Part shown: positions 46,931-56,455 of the stretch, piece after piece
Position numbering within the stretch: position 1 is the first letter of the stretch
How the letters are laid out: each line of letters opens with the position of its first letter
Source of the DNA: Candidatus Gastranaerophilales bacterium
Lineage (GTDB): Bacteria > Cyanobacteriota > Vampirovibrionia > Gastranaerophilales > Gastranaerophilaceae
Length of the DNA: 64,000 nt
Assembly: GCA_944324315.1 (NCBI GenBank)
Contig: CALUVW010000005.1
Span: 14,927 to 78,926, forward strand
Direction: 5' to 3'
Program-made: the position numbers and the translations under genes
The notes under the pieces: generated by a model
The model's database searches: none
Told to the model about the DNA's origin: nothing
What the model saw: the letters and a program-made list of their open reading frames with translations, nothing else

Positions 46931-49035
46931 TGGCGCAGGAACAGGCTCAAGGGAGCGGAGGTAACAATTTAAGCGAAGTTTTTATGGCAATATTTGTATT
47001 ATTGCTTATCGTTCTGTTGCTTGTAGAACTTCCGAATTGGGTTATAAATGTTTCAATTTGTTTAAATATTACTCTCGGAGTTGTTCTGTTGATGATTTCT
47101 CTGTATGTAAGGAAAACTCTTGAACTAGCATCATTCCCTTCTATTATTCTTATAGGTACAATGTTTCGACTTGTACTTTCTATTGCATCAACAAGATTAA
47201 TCCTTGCTAAGGGTGAAGCCGGGGAGGTTATTCATGCCTTCGGAACATTTGTTACCGGCGGTAATATGATTGTAGGAGGTGTAATCTTCCTTATTATCAC
47301 GGTTGTACAGTTTATGGTAATTACAAAGGGTGCCGAACGTATCGCAGAAGTTGCAGCACGTTTTGCTTTGGATGCTATGCCGGGTAAGCAGATGACTATT
47401 GACGCTGATTTTAATGCAGGCTTGATTTCTCCTGAAGAAGCTACTAAAAAGCGTGAAGATTTGCAAAGAGAATCAAATCTTTTCGGTAGTATGGACGGTG
47501 CAATGAAGTTTGTAAAAGGGGATACTATTGCAGGTATTATCATTGTACTTATTAATATTATCGGCGGATTATGCATCGGTTGTTTAATGAACCAGATGCC
47601 TGTTGCAGATGCTGTATCAAAGTATACAATTTTAACAATCGGTGACGGATTGGCATCACAGGTTCCGTCATTGTTGATGTCTATTGCCGCTGGTATTTTT
47701 ATGACGCGTTCATCTGCCGCAAATTCTTTAGGTACAGATGTTACCGGACAGATAATAAGCAAACCTTATGCCCTATTCCTTGCTGCTGCCTTTTTGATGC
47801 TTCTTGCTATAACAGGTCCGCCGTTTACAGGTCTGCCTTTTTGGCCGTTTTTCTTCTTTTCAATAGGTCTTGGAATTGCAGGATTTTCAACGCTTATTAA
47901 CGCAGATGTACAGTCTCAATTGGGACAGTTGGAAAATGTACGTCAAAATATGCAGGATCTTGTTAACCCGAATAGAATGTATGAGCGTTTGGGTGTTGAT
48001 GTCTTGAGTTTGCAGGTAGGTTCTAACCTGCTTGTAATTGCAGATCCGGATCAGGAAGGTCAACTGCTTGCAAAGATTGCTGCTTTACGTCAGAGAGTAA
48101 CTGATGAATTAGGCTATATTTTGCCTAACATAAGAATTATGGATTCATCAGCACTTGATGCTAATGAATATATGATATCTATCCGTGGAAATACTGTTGC
48201 CACAGGTTACGTTTATCCTGGCAAATTGATGGTAATCGCAGATCAGTGGGATTCTCTGAAAAAAGAAGTTCCTCAAGATGCGATTATTGGTATAGATCCG
48301 ACTTATCAAACTCAGGCATACTGGATTTCCCCTGAAGATGCAAAAACTGCACGCTCTGTAACTGCAGTTGATTCCACTGATGTAATTGTTACGCACCTGC
48401 AGGAATGCGTAAGAAAACATGTTGATGAGGTTATGACAAAAACAGATGTTCTTAAACTTATGGAACTTGTTCGTTCGCAGGATCCGACACTTGTTAATGA
48501 CCTTGTTCCGACAATTATTTCTACAAGCGATTTGAGAAAGATTTTTGTTAACCTTATTCGTGAAAAGGTTTCTATTAAAGATATTATATTTGTATTTGAA
48601 AGATTATGCGATTATGCCAGATTTTCAAAAGAACCTGATATTTTATCTGAACGTTTAAGAGCAGCGCTCGGACGTCAAATTTGTCTTGCAAATGTCGGAG
48701 ACGACAGGGTTTTGTATGCCTTGACACTATCTCCGGAATGGGAAAAAACGCTTGATGACAGCTGCCAGAGAACAGAACTCGGTACAATGTTTCTGCTAAA
48801 TCCTATGCAGGTTCAGGAACTTATTGAGACAACAGCTACAACATTAATGCGTGCACATCAGGCATGCGGACAACAGCCTGTAATTTTGTGTTCGCCGAGA
48901 ATAAGACTGCCTTTGTATCAACTTCTGGAACGTCATATCCCGACAATTGTTGTAATTTCGTATTCGGAATTGATTACGGATATCAAAGTTGAAGCGATTG
49001 ACACAATCGGTGAATCTTACCAGATGGAACAATAA
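46930..49035 (+). CDS. flhA: Flagellar export apparatus protein FlhA
   Basis: FHIPEP region (VITKGAERIAEVAARFALDAMPGKQMTIDAD), 8 TM segments and a C-terminal cytoplasmic domain. TAATG overlap with fliH. Confidence 0.9.
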   Translation: MAQEQAQGSGGNNLSEVFMAIFVLLLIVLLLVELPNWVINVSICLNITLGVVLLMISLYVRKTLELASFPSIILIGTMFRLVLSIASTRLILAKGEAGEVIHAFGTFVTGGNMIVGGVIFLIITVVQFMVITKGAERIAEVAARFALDAMPGKQMTIDADFNAGLISPEEATKKREDLQRESNLFGSMDGAMKFVKGDTIAGIIIVLINIIGGLCIGCLMNQMPVADAVSKYTILTIGDGLASQVPSLLMSIAAGIFMTRSSAANSLGTDVTGQIISKPYALFLAAAFLMLLAITGPPFTGLPFWPFFFFSIGLGIAGFSTLINADVQSQLGQLENVRQNMQDLVNPNRMYERLGVDVLSLQVGSNLLVIADPDQEGQLLAKIAALRQRVTDELGYILPNIRIMDSSALDANEYMISIRGNTVATGYVYPGKLMVIADQWDSLKKEVPQDAIIGIDPTYQTQAYWISPEDAKTARSVTAVDSTDVIVTHLQECVRKHVDEVMTKTDVLKLMELVRSQDPTLVNDLVPTIISTSDLRKIFVNLIREKVSIKDIIFVFERLCDYARFSKEPDILSERLRAALGRQICLANVGDDRVLYALTLSPEWEKTLDDSCQRTELGTMFLLNPMQVQELIETTATTLMRAHQACGQQPVILCSPRIRLPLYQLLERHIPTIVVISYSELITDIKVEAIDTIGESYQMEQ

Positions 49036-49125
49036 ATTAATATTTTATCACTCGCCCCTTGCGGGAGAGGGAAGAATTTAAATTTGAACATAGCGAAAAT
49101 TAGAAATTCGGGTTAGGGGTAAAGT

Positions 49126-49332
49126 ATGAAAAGAATAATTTTATTTTTAATTTCAATATATCAGAAGATTTCAAAACATACACCTGCTGTTTGCCGGTTT
49201 TATCCGACCTGTTCTGAGTATACGCGTCAGGCTATTGAAAAATACGGAGTTGTAAAAGGCGGCTGGCTGGGTATAAAAAGGATTAGCAAATGTCATCCCT
49301 GTCATGACGGCGGTTATGATCCGGTGCCGTAG
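49126..49332 (+). CDS. yidD: Membrane protein insertion efficiency factor YidD
   Basis: The 68-aa sequence [30 protein letters not shown]...GGYDPVP is the YidD signature. Confidence 0.9.
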   Translation: MKRIILFLISIYQKISKHTPAVCRFYPTCSEYTRQAIEKYGVVKGGWLGIKRISKCHPCHDGGYDPVP

Positions 49333-49362
49333 GGAGTAAAATCTAATAATAATTGTTCCTAT

Positions 49363-52300
49363 TTATTTAACCCATTTGAAACTTCTTACATAATCAAATC
49401 CGTTGATGTCACCGTTAATATCAACTTTAAAGATTCGGTAAATGTTAGTAGCATCTTTTATACCCGGAATTTTGCTGATTTCTGTTTGAAGAATCAAGCG
49501 TTCTGTAGCATCGTTTATTCCTGGGATTGTATTAAACAGTGTGTTTAAAGATGCATTTTTAATCTTTCCGAATACAGTTGTTATATTTTTCGTTAAACTT
49601 CCGTATATTTTCATATCCGCAATTGAGGTGACAATATTATATGAACCGTTCATATACATATTCAAGTCGTTTCCGTTTGAATATATGTTAATTCTGTCTG
49701 CTATACCGTCTGCAATATGAATATCTCCGTATATACTTTCAAAATCCCCTGTCTTTAAAGGAGTTACAAGGTCTATAAGGCTGTTAATGGAAAGCCCTGT
49801 AAATCCGCCTTTAAGCAGATTGCCGGCTTTTAGCAGATATTCAAGAGAACCTAGTTTAGGCATTCTTCCGTCTGCTATCTTAAAAGAACCTTCTCCTGAA
49901 AGTGTTTTAAAGCAGCTTTCCTGACTGTCTCCCTTACAAGTAAGTTTAAAATCACCGTTTACCGAACCGTATACCTGCCCCTTCAAATCAAATAAAGCTT
50001 CTGACATTATTAAAGCATTTGCTTTATCAAGATTTATATCTAAATTGGTTATATGATTTTTTAAATTATGTTTGAAAGTACCTGTAACAGTTCCTTCAGC
50101 AAGATTAAATTTAAAGTTTTTAACATTTATAACATTATCTTTATTTATGCTTAAATTAGTTGTAAAGTTGTCTGCATTAATGTTACGAACTTTAATTTTA
50201 TTTGCCTCTATACTGCCATTATTTATAATTAGTTGTTTTATATCAAAAGGTTGTGCGATATTTGAGCTGTAAGACGGATTTTTAGTCGCTTCTGCTTCAA
50301 TATCTATAATTGTGTCCGTAATTTTGTTTATGTTAAGATCTGCAAGCTTTAATTTAAAGTTTTCTATTGTATATGGGGGTGTGAGTTTATTTTGCATCAC
50401 AGCATCAAGGTATATGTCATTTGTAAGCACAGTACCTTTACTTGTAATATATAATTTATCCTGTTTAAAATCAAGATTTATATCTCTTATTGTTGAATCG
50501 AAAAATGGAATATCTATGCTTGTTATATCAAGTTTCCCTTGAATTTTAGGGTTTATTGACGTTCCGTTTAAAACAAGATCTGATGAGAAAACTCCCTGTT
50601 TCATAAAAGGTTTTCTGAATATTATGTTAAATATTTTTGCATCGGTAGGAGTTTGGGTTTTTATTCTGAAATTGTTAAAGCCGGCATTGTTATTGTTCAA
50701 AAGAGTTATAGTCCCTGAAGCATTAAGCTGAGGCTTGATATAGGGTTTGTTATTTTGTGAAGTTATTGTTTTTTCATACTGTAAATTATTTATTTTAATC
50801 CTATTTGGAGAGTAATTGTAATTAACAGTAATTTTAACAGGATTTTCTGGATCGCCGATAGAGGCTCCCATGTAATACAAACTGGAATTTTCTGCAATAT
50901 TTAATGTGGATTTTGAAGTCAAGTTATTTTCAGTGCCCCTTACTTTTGCCGATAATATTGTATCTCCCTTTAATTTTATCGGGTATAGAGCGTTGTTATT
51001 AAAAAATTGGTCAAAAAATTCCTGAGTCGGTTTTGCATTTATATATAAATCAAGATTAGGATTTTTTTGAACATTGGCAATTTTTCCGTCAATAAATAAA
51101 GGCATTTCTCCAAGTTTTGCATTAAATTTATTAATATTCAAAGTATTGTTTTTCAAAAGTAAATTTCCGCTGTTAACGGTCAATTTCATATTTTTGGGTT
51201 TGTAAAGAATATTTATGTCATCGAGTTTTGTATATGCATTCAGATAATTGTTTCGAATTTTTGCCGATAAATTAACGTTACCGTTTAAAAAATCTATGTC
51301 TTTAAAAGTTTGCGCTGTTTGCGGCGGAAGAATATATGTTAAGGCTTTGTCATTTATTAAATTCAAATCAAGAGAATTAATTTGACAGTTTCCGTTGACA
51401 ATTCGTTGATTGGAAAACATATCAGATACATTCAGCGAGATATTAAACGGACTTTTTTTGAATGAACCCCTTAAAAGCGGAAGTTTGAAATTAGAATTAT
51501 TCAGTTCGTATGTACTGTTGTCAACTATTATAGCGCTTTTTGCACCGTGATTTGAATAAATTTTCCCTTTAAGAAAAACCTTATCAAAGTTTATTTTATC
51601 AATATTCCCCTCATATCTTGCTGTAAAACTTGTATTAATTGTGCCGAAGTCATTCGCATAAGGGATTTTTGTTCCTGAAGGAAGAGTTTTTAACCCATCT
51701 TTCAGGTTAAATTTTTCTGATACAATTTGAGTTTTGCAATTATTATCCTTGATTCTGCCTGTAATATTAAGCTTTGATGTTCCGAGAGCAGATTTTAGAC
51801 TGAAATCTGCATCCATATTATTGAAATTAATTGTTCCCGAAGTTTTTGAAATTGAAGCAGGGATATTTTTTATTTTTATTGTATTTGAAAAAAGATCAAT
51901 TTTTCCTTTTGCAAAAAGATTTTTGTTGAACACAATGTCTTTCGGGTCTTTTACTTTTCCTGTAAGGTTTATTGCAAGATTTACCAAACCTTTGCCGTTT
52001 TCAATGGGAGAAATAAGTTTTTGAATATCTTTAAGCATCGGGGATGTATTTATAATTTTTAATAATGAATCCAGTTCCTGCTTGTGCGTTAAGACTTCAA
52101 AATTTAACTCTCCGCTTAATGAACATGTTCCCTTTACAGAAACCGGTTTTCCGTTAAGTTTTGCGGATTTTGTTTGAAAAAATGTGTTTTGATTATCAAA
52201 ATCTAATGTTCCGGAGCCGTTTGTAAGCGTCATATTATGTATATCAAGAAAAGACACTGTTGCATTTTTAAAACGGAATTGCCCCCAGCCGTGCGGATTT

Positions 52301-53814
52301 TTACGTGTACCTATTACATGAAGATTAATACCGCCTTTTCCTTTAATGTCCATAATCGGTACAGGTCCGAGATCAAAGTGTAATATTTCATGAAGCGGAT
52401 TTAATACAATTTGAGCTGTTTTTAAATCAACATTATTTGTACTTGTTATATTCAAGTCAGCATATTTTTCATTGTAAAGATTAATAGGACCTTTTACGTA
52501 TACGGTTTGATCGGGACTTGTCGGAACAGTTACATCTATGTTAGTTTTATCTTTGTTAAATGCAAGTTTAATAACAGCTTTTTCTGCATTCGGGATTGGT
52601 TTTACCATATAAGCGTTAGAGATTAAGAGATTCCCGAACACATCAGGGTAATCTGCTTTTCCTTTAATTTCTAAATTCCCTGCTACATCTCCCCAAAAAC
52701 CTGTCTGTTTAAGTAAAAGCAGATTAAAATCCGGTGATAAATCAGGTTCACCCGGCAGCAGTGAAATAATATTTTCAGCTTTTGATTTGTTAACAGTGAC
52801 ATTCAAATCTAAATAAGGGAATTTTGCATTAAGGTTAGTAATTCTTCCTCTTGTAAAAGCATCAATCCCTTTGCTGGATATACGCATCTCATTTATTTCC
52901 AGACCATTTTTAATAGTATTTACATCTATTTTAATTACAATTTTATCTTTGGAATAAATTGATGCAGAATTATCTTTTTTCCAAATCCCCAGGTTATTGA
53001 TATATAAATTTGTTTTTATTTGTTTATGTTTGTCTTGAGTAATTTTAGTATTTGCCGTGAAATTTATAATGCCTGATAATGAATCAATTTTGTTTTTTGA
53101 TATTGCTTTTGCATATTCAGAAAAATCAGAAAGGTCAAGGTTTACTATATGGCCGGAAATATCGCATTGGTCATCTGATAATTTAGTTAAAGGAAGTTTG
53201 AGAGTCAAATCAGCTTTTATATACGCTTTTTTATTTCCTGCTGTTAAATCGGCAATAGTTGAGAGGTTAATGTGTTTATCAAGTTTAAAATCATTAATAT
53301 CAAGATATTTACCGTCAAGTTTTATTAATTTTTTTTGAATTTTGTCATCCAGATTTATATTGTAACTGTTTATATTAACATTAGCATGTTTAAGTTTAAC
53401 AGGCATGTTCGTATTCCGGACAATCAAATATTGCCCGAGTTTCAACTTATAATCCTTGTCAAGAACAAGATTTGTTGTAATATTTTCAGCAGAAAGATGA
53501 TGAATGTCAAGATTTTTTAGTAAAATCGGAAGCAGTCTTATATTAATGCAGGGTTTCTCAATATAAAATGCTTTTGAGTTATCATTGTTTAATATGGAAA
53601 AGTTGTCTGCCTTAAGCCAAATTGAAGGTATTAGTCCCATTTTCAAAGACGGATTTGAAAGTTGTATTTTAAATCCTGTTTGTTCTAAAACTGTTTGTTC
53701 AATTAATGCAGCTCTTTTGGGTAGATTTACAATGGCAGGTATCCCGAAATAATAGGCTGCATATAAAACCGTCAATGAAAATAATATTATTAAGTATTTT
53801 AAATTCCTGCCCAT
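49363..53814 (-). CDS. AsmA/TamB-like giant outer-membrane biogenesis protein
   Basis: 1483 aa. It has a single N-terminal TM anchor and a long Asn/Lys-rich beta-rich body. The C-terminal region (GDFESIYGDIHIADGIADRINIYSNGNDLNMYMNGSYN) resembles AsmA-like C-terminal domains. Confidence 0.55.
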   Translation of the reverse strand: MGRNLKYLIILFSLTVLYAAYYFGIPAIVNLPKRAALIEQTVLEQTGFKIQLSNPSLKMGLIPSIWLKADNFSILNNDNSKAFYIEKPCINIRLLPILLKNLDIHHLSAENITTNLVLDKDYKLKLGQYLIVRNTNMPVKLKHANVNINSYNINLDDKIQKKLIKLDGKYLDINDFKLDKHINLSTIADLTAGNKKAYIKADLTLKLPLTKLSDDQCDISGHIVNLDLSDFSEYAKAISKNKIDSLSGIINFTANTKITQDKHKQIKTNLYINNLGIWKKDNSASIYSKDKIVIKIDVNTIKNGLEINEMRISSKGIDAFTRGRITNLNAKFPYLDLNVTVNKSKAENIISLLPGEPDLSPDFNLLLLKQTGFWGDVAGNLEIKGKADYPDVFGNLLISNAYMVKPIPNAEKAVIKLAFNKDKTNIDVTVPTSPDQTVYVKGPINLYNEKYADLNITSTNNVDLKTAQIVLNPLHEILHFDLGPVPIMDIKGKGGINLHVIGTRKNPHGWGQFRFKNATVSFLDIHNMTLTNGSGTLDFDNQNTFFQTKSAKLNGKPVSVKGTCSLSGELNFEVLTHKQELDSLLKIINTSPMLKDIQKLISPIENGKGLVNLAINLTGKVKDPKDIVFNKNLFAKGKIDLFSNTIKIKNIPASISKTSGTINFNNMDADFSLKSALGTSKLNITGRIKDNNCKTQIVSEKFNLKDGLKTLPSGTKIPYANDFGTINTSFTARYEGNIDKINFDKVFLKGKIYSNHGAKSAIIVDNSTYELNNSNFKLPLLRGSFKKSPFNISLNVSDMFSNQRIVNGNCQINSLDLNLINDKALTYILPPQTAQTFKDIDFLNGNVNLSAKIRNNYLNAYTKLDDINILYKPKNMKLTVNSGNLLLKNNTLNINKFNAKLGEMPLFIDGKIANVQKNPNLDLYINAKPTQEFFDQFFNNNALYPIKLKGDTILSAKVRGTENNLTSKSTLNIAENSSLYYMGASIGDPENPVKITVNYNYSPNRIKINNLQYEKTITSQNNKPYIKPQLNASGTITLLNNNNAGFNNFRIKTQTPTDAKIFNIIFRKPFMKQGVFSSDLVLNGTSINPKIQGKLDITSIDIPFFDSTIRDINLDFKQDKLYITSKGTVLTNDIYLDAVMQNKLTPPYTIENFKLKLADLNINKITDTIIDIEAEATKNPSYSSNIAQPFDIKQLIINNGSIEANKIKVRNINADNFTTNLSINKDNVINVKNFKFNLAEGTVTGTFKHNLKNHITNLDINLDKANALIMSEALFDLKGQVYGSVNGDFKLTCKGDSQESCFKTLSGEGSFKIADGRMPKLGSLEYLLKAGNLLKGGFTGLSINSLIDLVTPLKTGDFESIYGDIHIADGIADRINIYSNGNDLNMYMNGSYNIVTSIADMKIYGSLTKNITTVFGKIKNASLNTLFNTIPGINDATERLILQTEISKIPGIKDATNIYRIFKVDINGDINGFDYVRSFKWVK

Positions 53815-53889
53815 ATCCTGTTAAAATTATACGATTAATATTGCTAAAATAAAAGGATTTTGGCAAAATGTTACAATGTTAAAGTTTTA

Positions 53890-54053
53890 TGCAAAACTCA
53901 AGTGATGAGTGGCGCGGCTACGCTCTTTCTTTAGTTTTGGCTAGTTAAGTTTTTGCAAAACTCAGGTGGTGGGTGGAGCGGCTACGCTCTTTCTTTAGTT
54001 TTGACTAGTTAAGTCTATGCAAAACTCAGGTGATGGGTGGAGCGGCTACGCTC
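53890..54053. repeat. 64-bp tandem repeat, about 2.6 copies, each with a GAGCG-GCTA-CGCTC hairpin
   Basis: Units start at 53890, 53954 and 54018 (TGCAAAACTCAGGTGATGGGTGGAGCGGCTACGCTC...). The last unit abuts the rubrerythrin stop codon. Confidence 0.85.
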
Positions 54054-54632
54054 CTAGTAGTTTTCGCATAAGATTTGAAAATATGCCTGTTCGTGGTGAC
54101 AATTCGGACATTTTTTCGGAGCTGATTTCCCTTTGTGAACATAGCCGCATTCTCTGCACATCCAGTAAACTTCTTTGTCTTTTGTAAATACCGTATCATT
54201 TTTTATGTTTTCAAGAAGCTTTAAATATCTTTGTTCATGATGTTTTTCGGCTTCTATTACGTAGTGAAATGTATCTGCGATTTCATCAAATCCTTCTTCG
54301 CGTGCTGTTTTTTCTCCGTCAGCGTATAAGAAAGACCATTCTTCTTTTTCTCCTGCAGCAGCACTTTCAAGATTTTCTTCTGTAGTTCCGAGTTCAAAAG
54401 GGTATTCTGCATTGACATGTCCTCTTGTGTTGCCAAGATGTTCATAAAACAATTTTGCATGTTCTTTCTCATTATCAGCAGTCATACAGAAAATTTCTGC
54501 TATTTGTTCATAACCTTCTTCTTTAGCTTGTTTTGCAAAATAAGTGTATCTGTTCCTTGCTTGAGATTCCCCTGCATAAGCATTTATTAAATTTTGTTCT
54601 GTTTTAGTTCCTCGTAGCTTTTTTTCAGTCAT
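54054..54632 (-). CDS. rbr: Rubrerythrin
   Basis: Ferritin-like diiron ExxH motifs, plus a C-terminal rubredoxin-like CRECG...CPNC. Confidence 0.9.
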   Translation of the reverse strand: MTEKKLRGTKTEQNLINAYAGESQARNRYTYFAKQAKEEGYEQIAEIFCMTADNEKEHAKLFYEHLGNTRGHVNAEYPFELGTTEENLESAAAGEKEEWSFLYADGEKTAREEGFDEIADTFHYVIEAEKHHEQRYLKLLENIKNDTVFTKDKEVYWMCRECGYVHKGKSAPKKCPNCHHEQAYFQILCENY

Positions 54633-54786
54633 AGTTTACCTCCGTTAAAGTATATTAAAAAATTTTTATAACAGATGATATTACCCGTATTAACTATTAA
54701 AACAGTTAAATTATTCCTCGTTAGTCGGATTATATGTAAAGAAAAAAAGTCGATAATACTATTATGTATAAGCGGGGAATTGAATT

Positions 54787-54942
54787 ATGAATTTGTTAGA
54801 ATATACTAAAAGATTATCCGAAAAAATTAAGTTTTATGATTCTATGGCGCAAACTACATTTTGGGGTACGCATACTGCAAACCCGTTTGCGAAGCCTTTG
54901 AATATTACAATAATCTGGGTGGAAGATGACTTTGAAAAATAA
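54787..54942 (+). CDS. Small hypothetical ORF (51 aa)
   Basis: Found by hand: ATG after GGGGA, sequence MNLLEYTKRLSEKIKFYDS..., with no motif. It is below the track length cutoff. Confidence 0.25.
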   Translation: MNLLEYTKRLSEKIKFYDSMAQTTFWGTHTANPFAKPLNITIIWVEDDFEK

Positions 54943-54943
54943 A

Positions 54944-55090
54944 TTATTTTGTATGTTCTTTTACATAATCATTGATTAATTTTGTCCCAAGATTTCCAGC
55001 TGTGCGATTTTGTTCGGCAGCTAATTTTTTAAATTTATCGTATATTTCCTGTTCAACCAGAAGAACAAATCTTTTTTTCGGTTCCGCCAT
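54944..55090 (-). CDS. Ribbon-helix-helix (CopG/Arc-type) small DNA-binding protein
   Basis: Found by hand. The 48-aa sequence MAEPKKRFVLLVEQEIYDKFKKLAAEQNRTAGNLGTKLINDYVKEH has an N-terminal beta-strand followed by two helices, typical of RHH. AAGGA SD. Confidence 0.55.
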   Translation of the reverse strand: MAEPKKRFVLLVEQEIYDKFKKLAAEQNRTAGNLGTKLINDYVKEHTK

Positions 55091-55199
55091 TGTAATTTCC
55101 TTGTAATTTATTTATAACTATATTGTAATATTACTTAATTTTTCTAATCATTTCAATTGCAATTTAATTATAATTTAGTTATAATTAAATTATAATTAA

Positions 55200-55421
55200 A
55201 TGAGGTTTATTATGTATATTGATAAATTAAGTGATATAATCTATGAGCTATCAAACACTATCTCTTACATTGAGGTTTTAGTCGATTACTGCAGGTATAA
55301 TGATACATCAAAAGAAATTTCGACTATGACAGCTTTACTGGAGCATACATGTAACGAGTGCTTGAGAATTCTTGAAGAAATGGAAAGTATGGAAACTGTT
55401 GGAAAATATACAATTAGTTAA
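55200..55421 (+). CDS. Small hypothetical protein (73 aa)
   Basis: Track ORF with no recognised motif. Confidence 0.3.
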   Translation: MRFIMYIDKLSDIIYELSNTISYIEVLVDYCRYNDTSKEISTMTALLEHTCNECLRILEEMESMETVGKYTIS

Positions 55422-56419
55422 TTAACTCTTTCTCCTGTTTCGCTGTCAAAAAAGTACAAATCATCGGGATTGATACTTAGTTCGAGTTGTTTTTCGACAT
55501 TGAAATCTGCAGGAAGCTTTGCAGAACATTTTTTATCCCCTATGTTAAAATACGCAATTTTTTCACTGCCCAAAAGCTCTGTAATATCAACGTTTACGCT
55601 TAATTTTATACTTCCTTCAGGATTAAACATTTTTTCAGGACGAATACCGACTACGATGTTATCTTTAGTATTGTAGGGGAAATCCTTACAATTTATAAAA
55701 TTCATCTGAGGAGAACCTATAAAGCCCGCAACAAATGTATTTGACGGATTGTTATAAATTTCTTCAGGGCTTGCAGCCTGTTGTATAACACCCTTATCAA
55801 GCACAACAACCCTGTCACCCATCGTAAGGGCTTCTGTCTGGTCATGAGTTACATAGATAAATGTTGTTTGAAGTTTCTCGTGTAATTTTTTTATTTCTGA
55901 GCGCATCTGTACACGTAATTTGGCATCTAAATTAGAGAGAGGCTCATCCATTAAAAATACTTTAGGATTTCTGACAATTGCACGCCCCAGAGCTACACGC
56001 TGCCGCTGACCGCCTGAAAGCTGTTTAGGTTTTCTGTCAAGATACTCTCCTAAATCTAGAATTTCAGCGGCTTCCTGAACTTTTTTGTCAATTGTTGCTT
56101 TATCAACTTTTCGCATTTTAAGACCAAAGGCAATATTTTCTCTTACGGTCATGTGCGGATACAGAGCATAGCTCTGGAATACAAAGGCGATATCTCTATC
56201 TTTCGGATGTACATCATTAACTTTTTTATCCCCTATAAAGATTTCACCGTCTGTAATATCTTCAAGTCCTGCAATCATCCTTAAAAGAGTTGATTTTCCG
56301 CAGCCTGAAGCGCCGACAAGTACAACAAATTCTTTATCTTTAATGGTTAAGTCAATATTATCAATAACTTTTTTTGTGTCGTATATTTTTGTAACATTTT
56401 TTAAAACAACACTGCTCAT
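55418..56419 (-). CDS. ABC transporter ATP-binding protein, MalK/MsmX/UgpC carbohydrate-import type
   Basis: Walker A GASGCGKST, signature LSGGQRQR, Walker B FLMDEPLSNLD and a C-terminal TOBE-like regulatory domain. No permease is adjacent. Confidence 0.85.
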   Translation of the reverse strand: MSSVVLKNVTKIYDTKKVIDNIDLTIKDKEFVVLVGASGCGKSTLLRMIAGLEDITDGEIFIGDKKVNDVHPKDRDIAFVFQSYALYPHMTVRENIAFGLKMRKVDKATIDKKVQEAAEILDLGEYLDRKPKQLSGGQRQRVALGRAIVRNPKVFLMDEPLSNLDAKLRVQMRSEIKKLHEKLQTTFIYVTHDQTEALTMGDRVVVLDKGVIQQAASPEEIYNNPSNTFVAGFIGSPQMNFINCKDFPYNTKDNIVVGIRPEKMFNPEGSIKLSVNVDITELLGSEKIAYFNIGDKKCSAKLPADFNVEKQLELSINPDDLYFFDSETGERVN

Positions 56420-56455
56420 TTTATCCCCTTTTTATTCTCTGAAAATAGCCCAGAG

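Noticed and set aside
49036-49125. GC-rich stretch CTCGCCCCTTGCGGGAGAGGG after flhA as a terminator or repeat copy
   Set aside because: Only an imperfect short stem without a T-run, and it does not match the dispersed hairpin consensus.
53890-54053. CRISPR array
   Set aside because: The 64-bp units are directly tandem with no unique spacers between them. There are only 2.6 units and no cas genes nearby.
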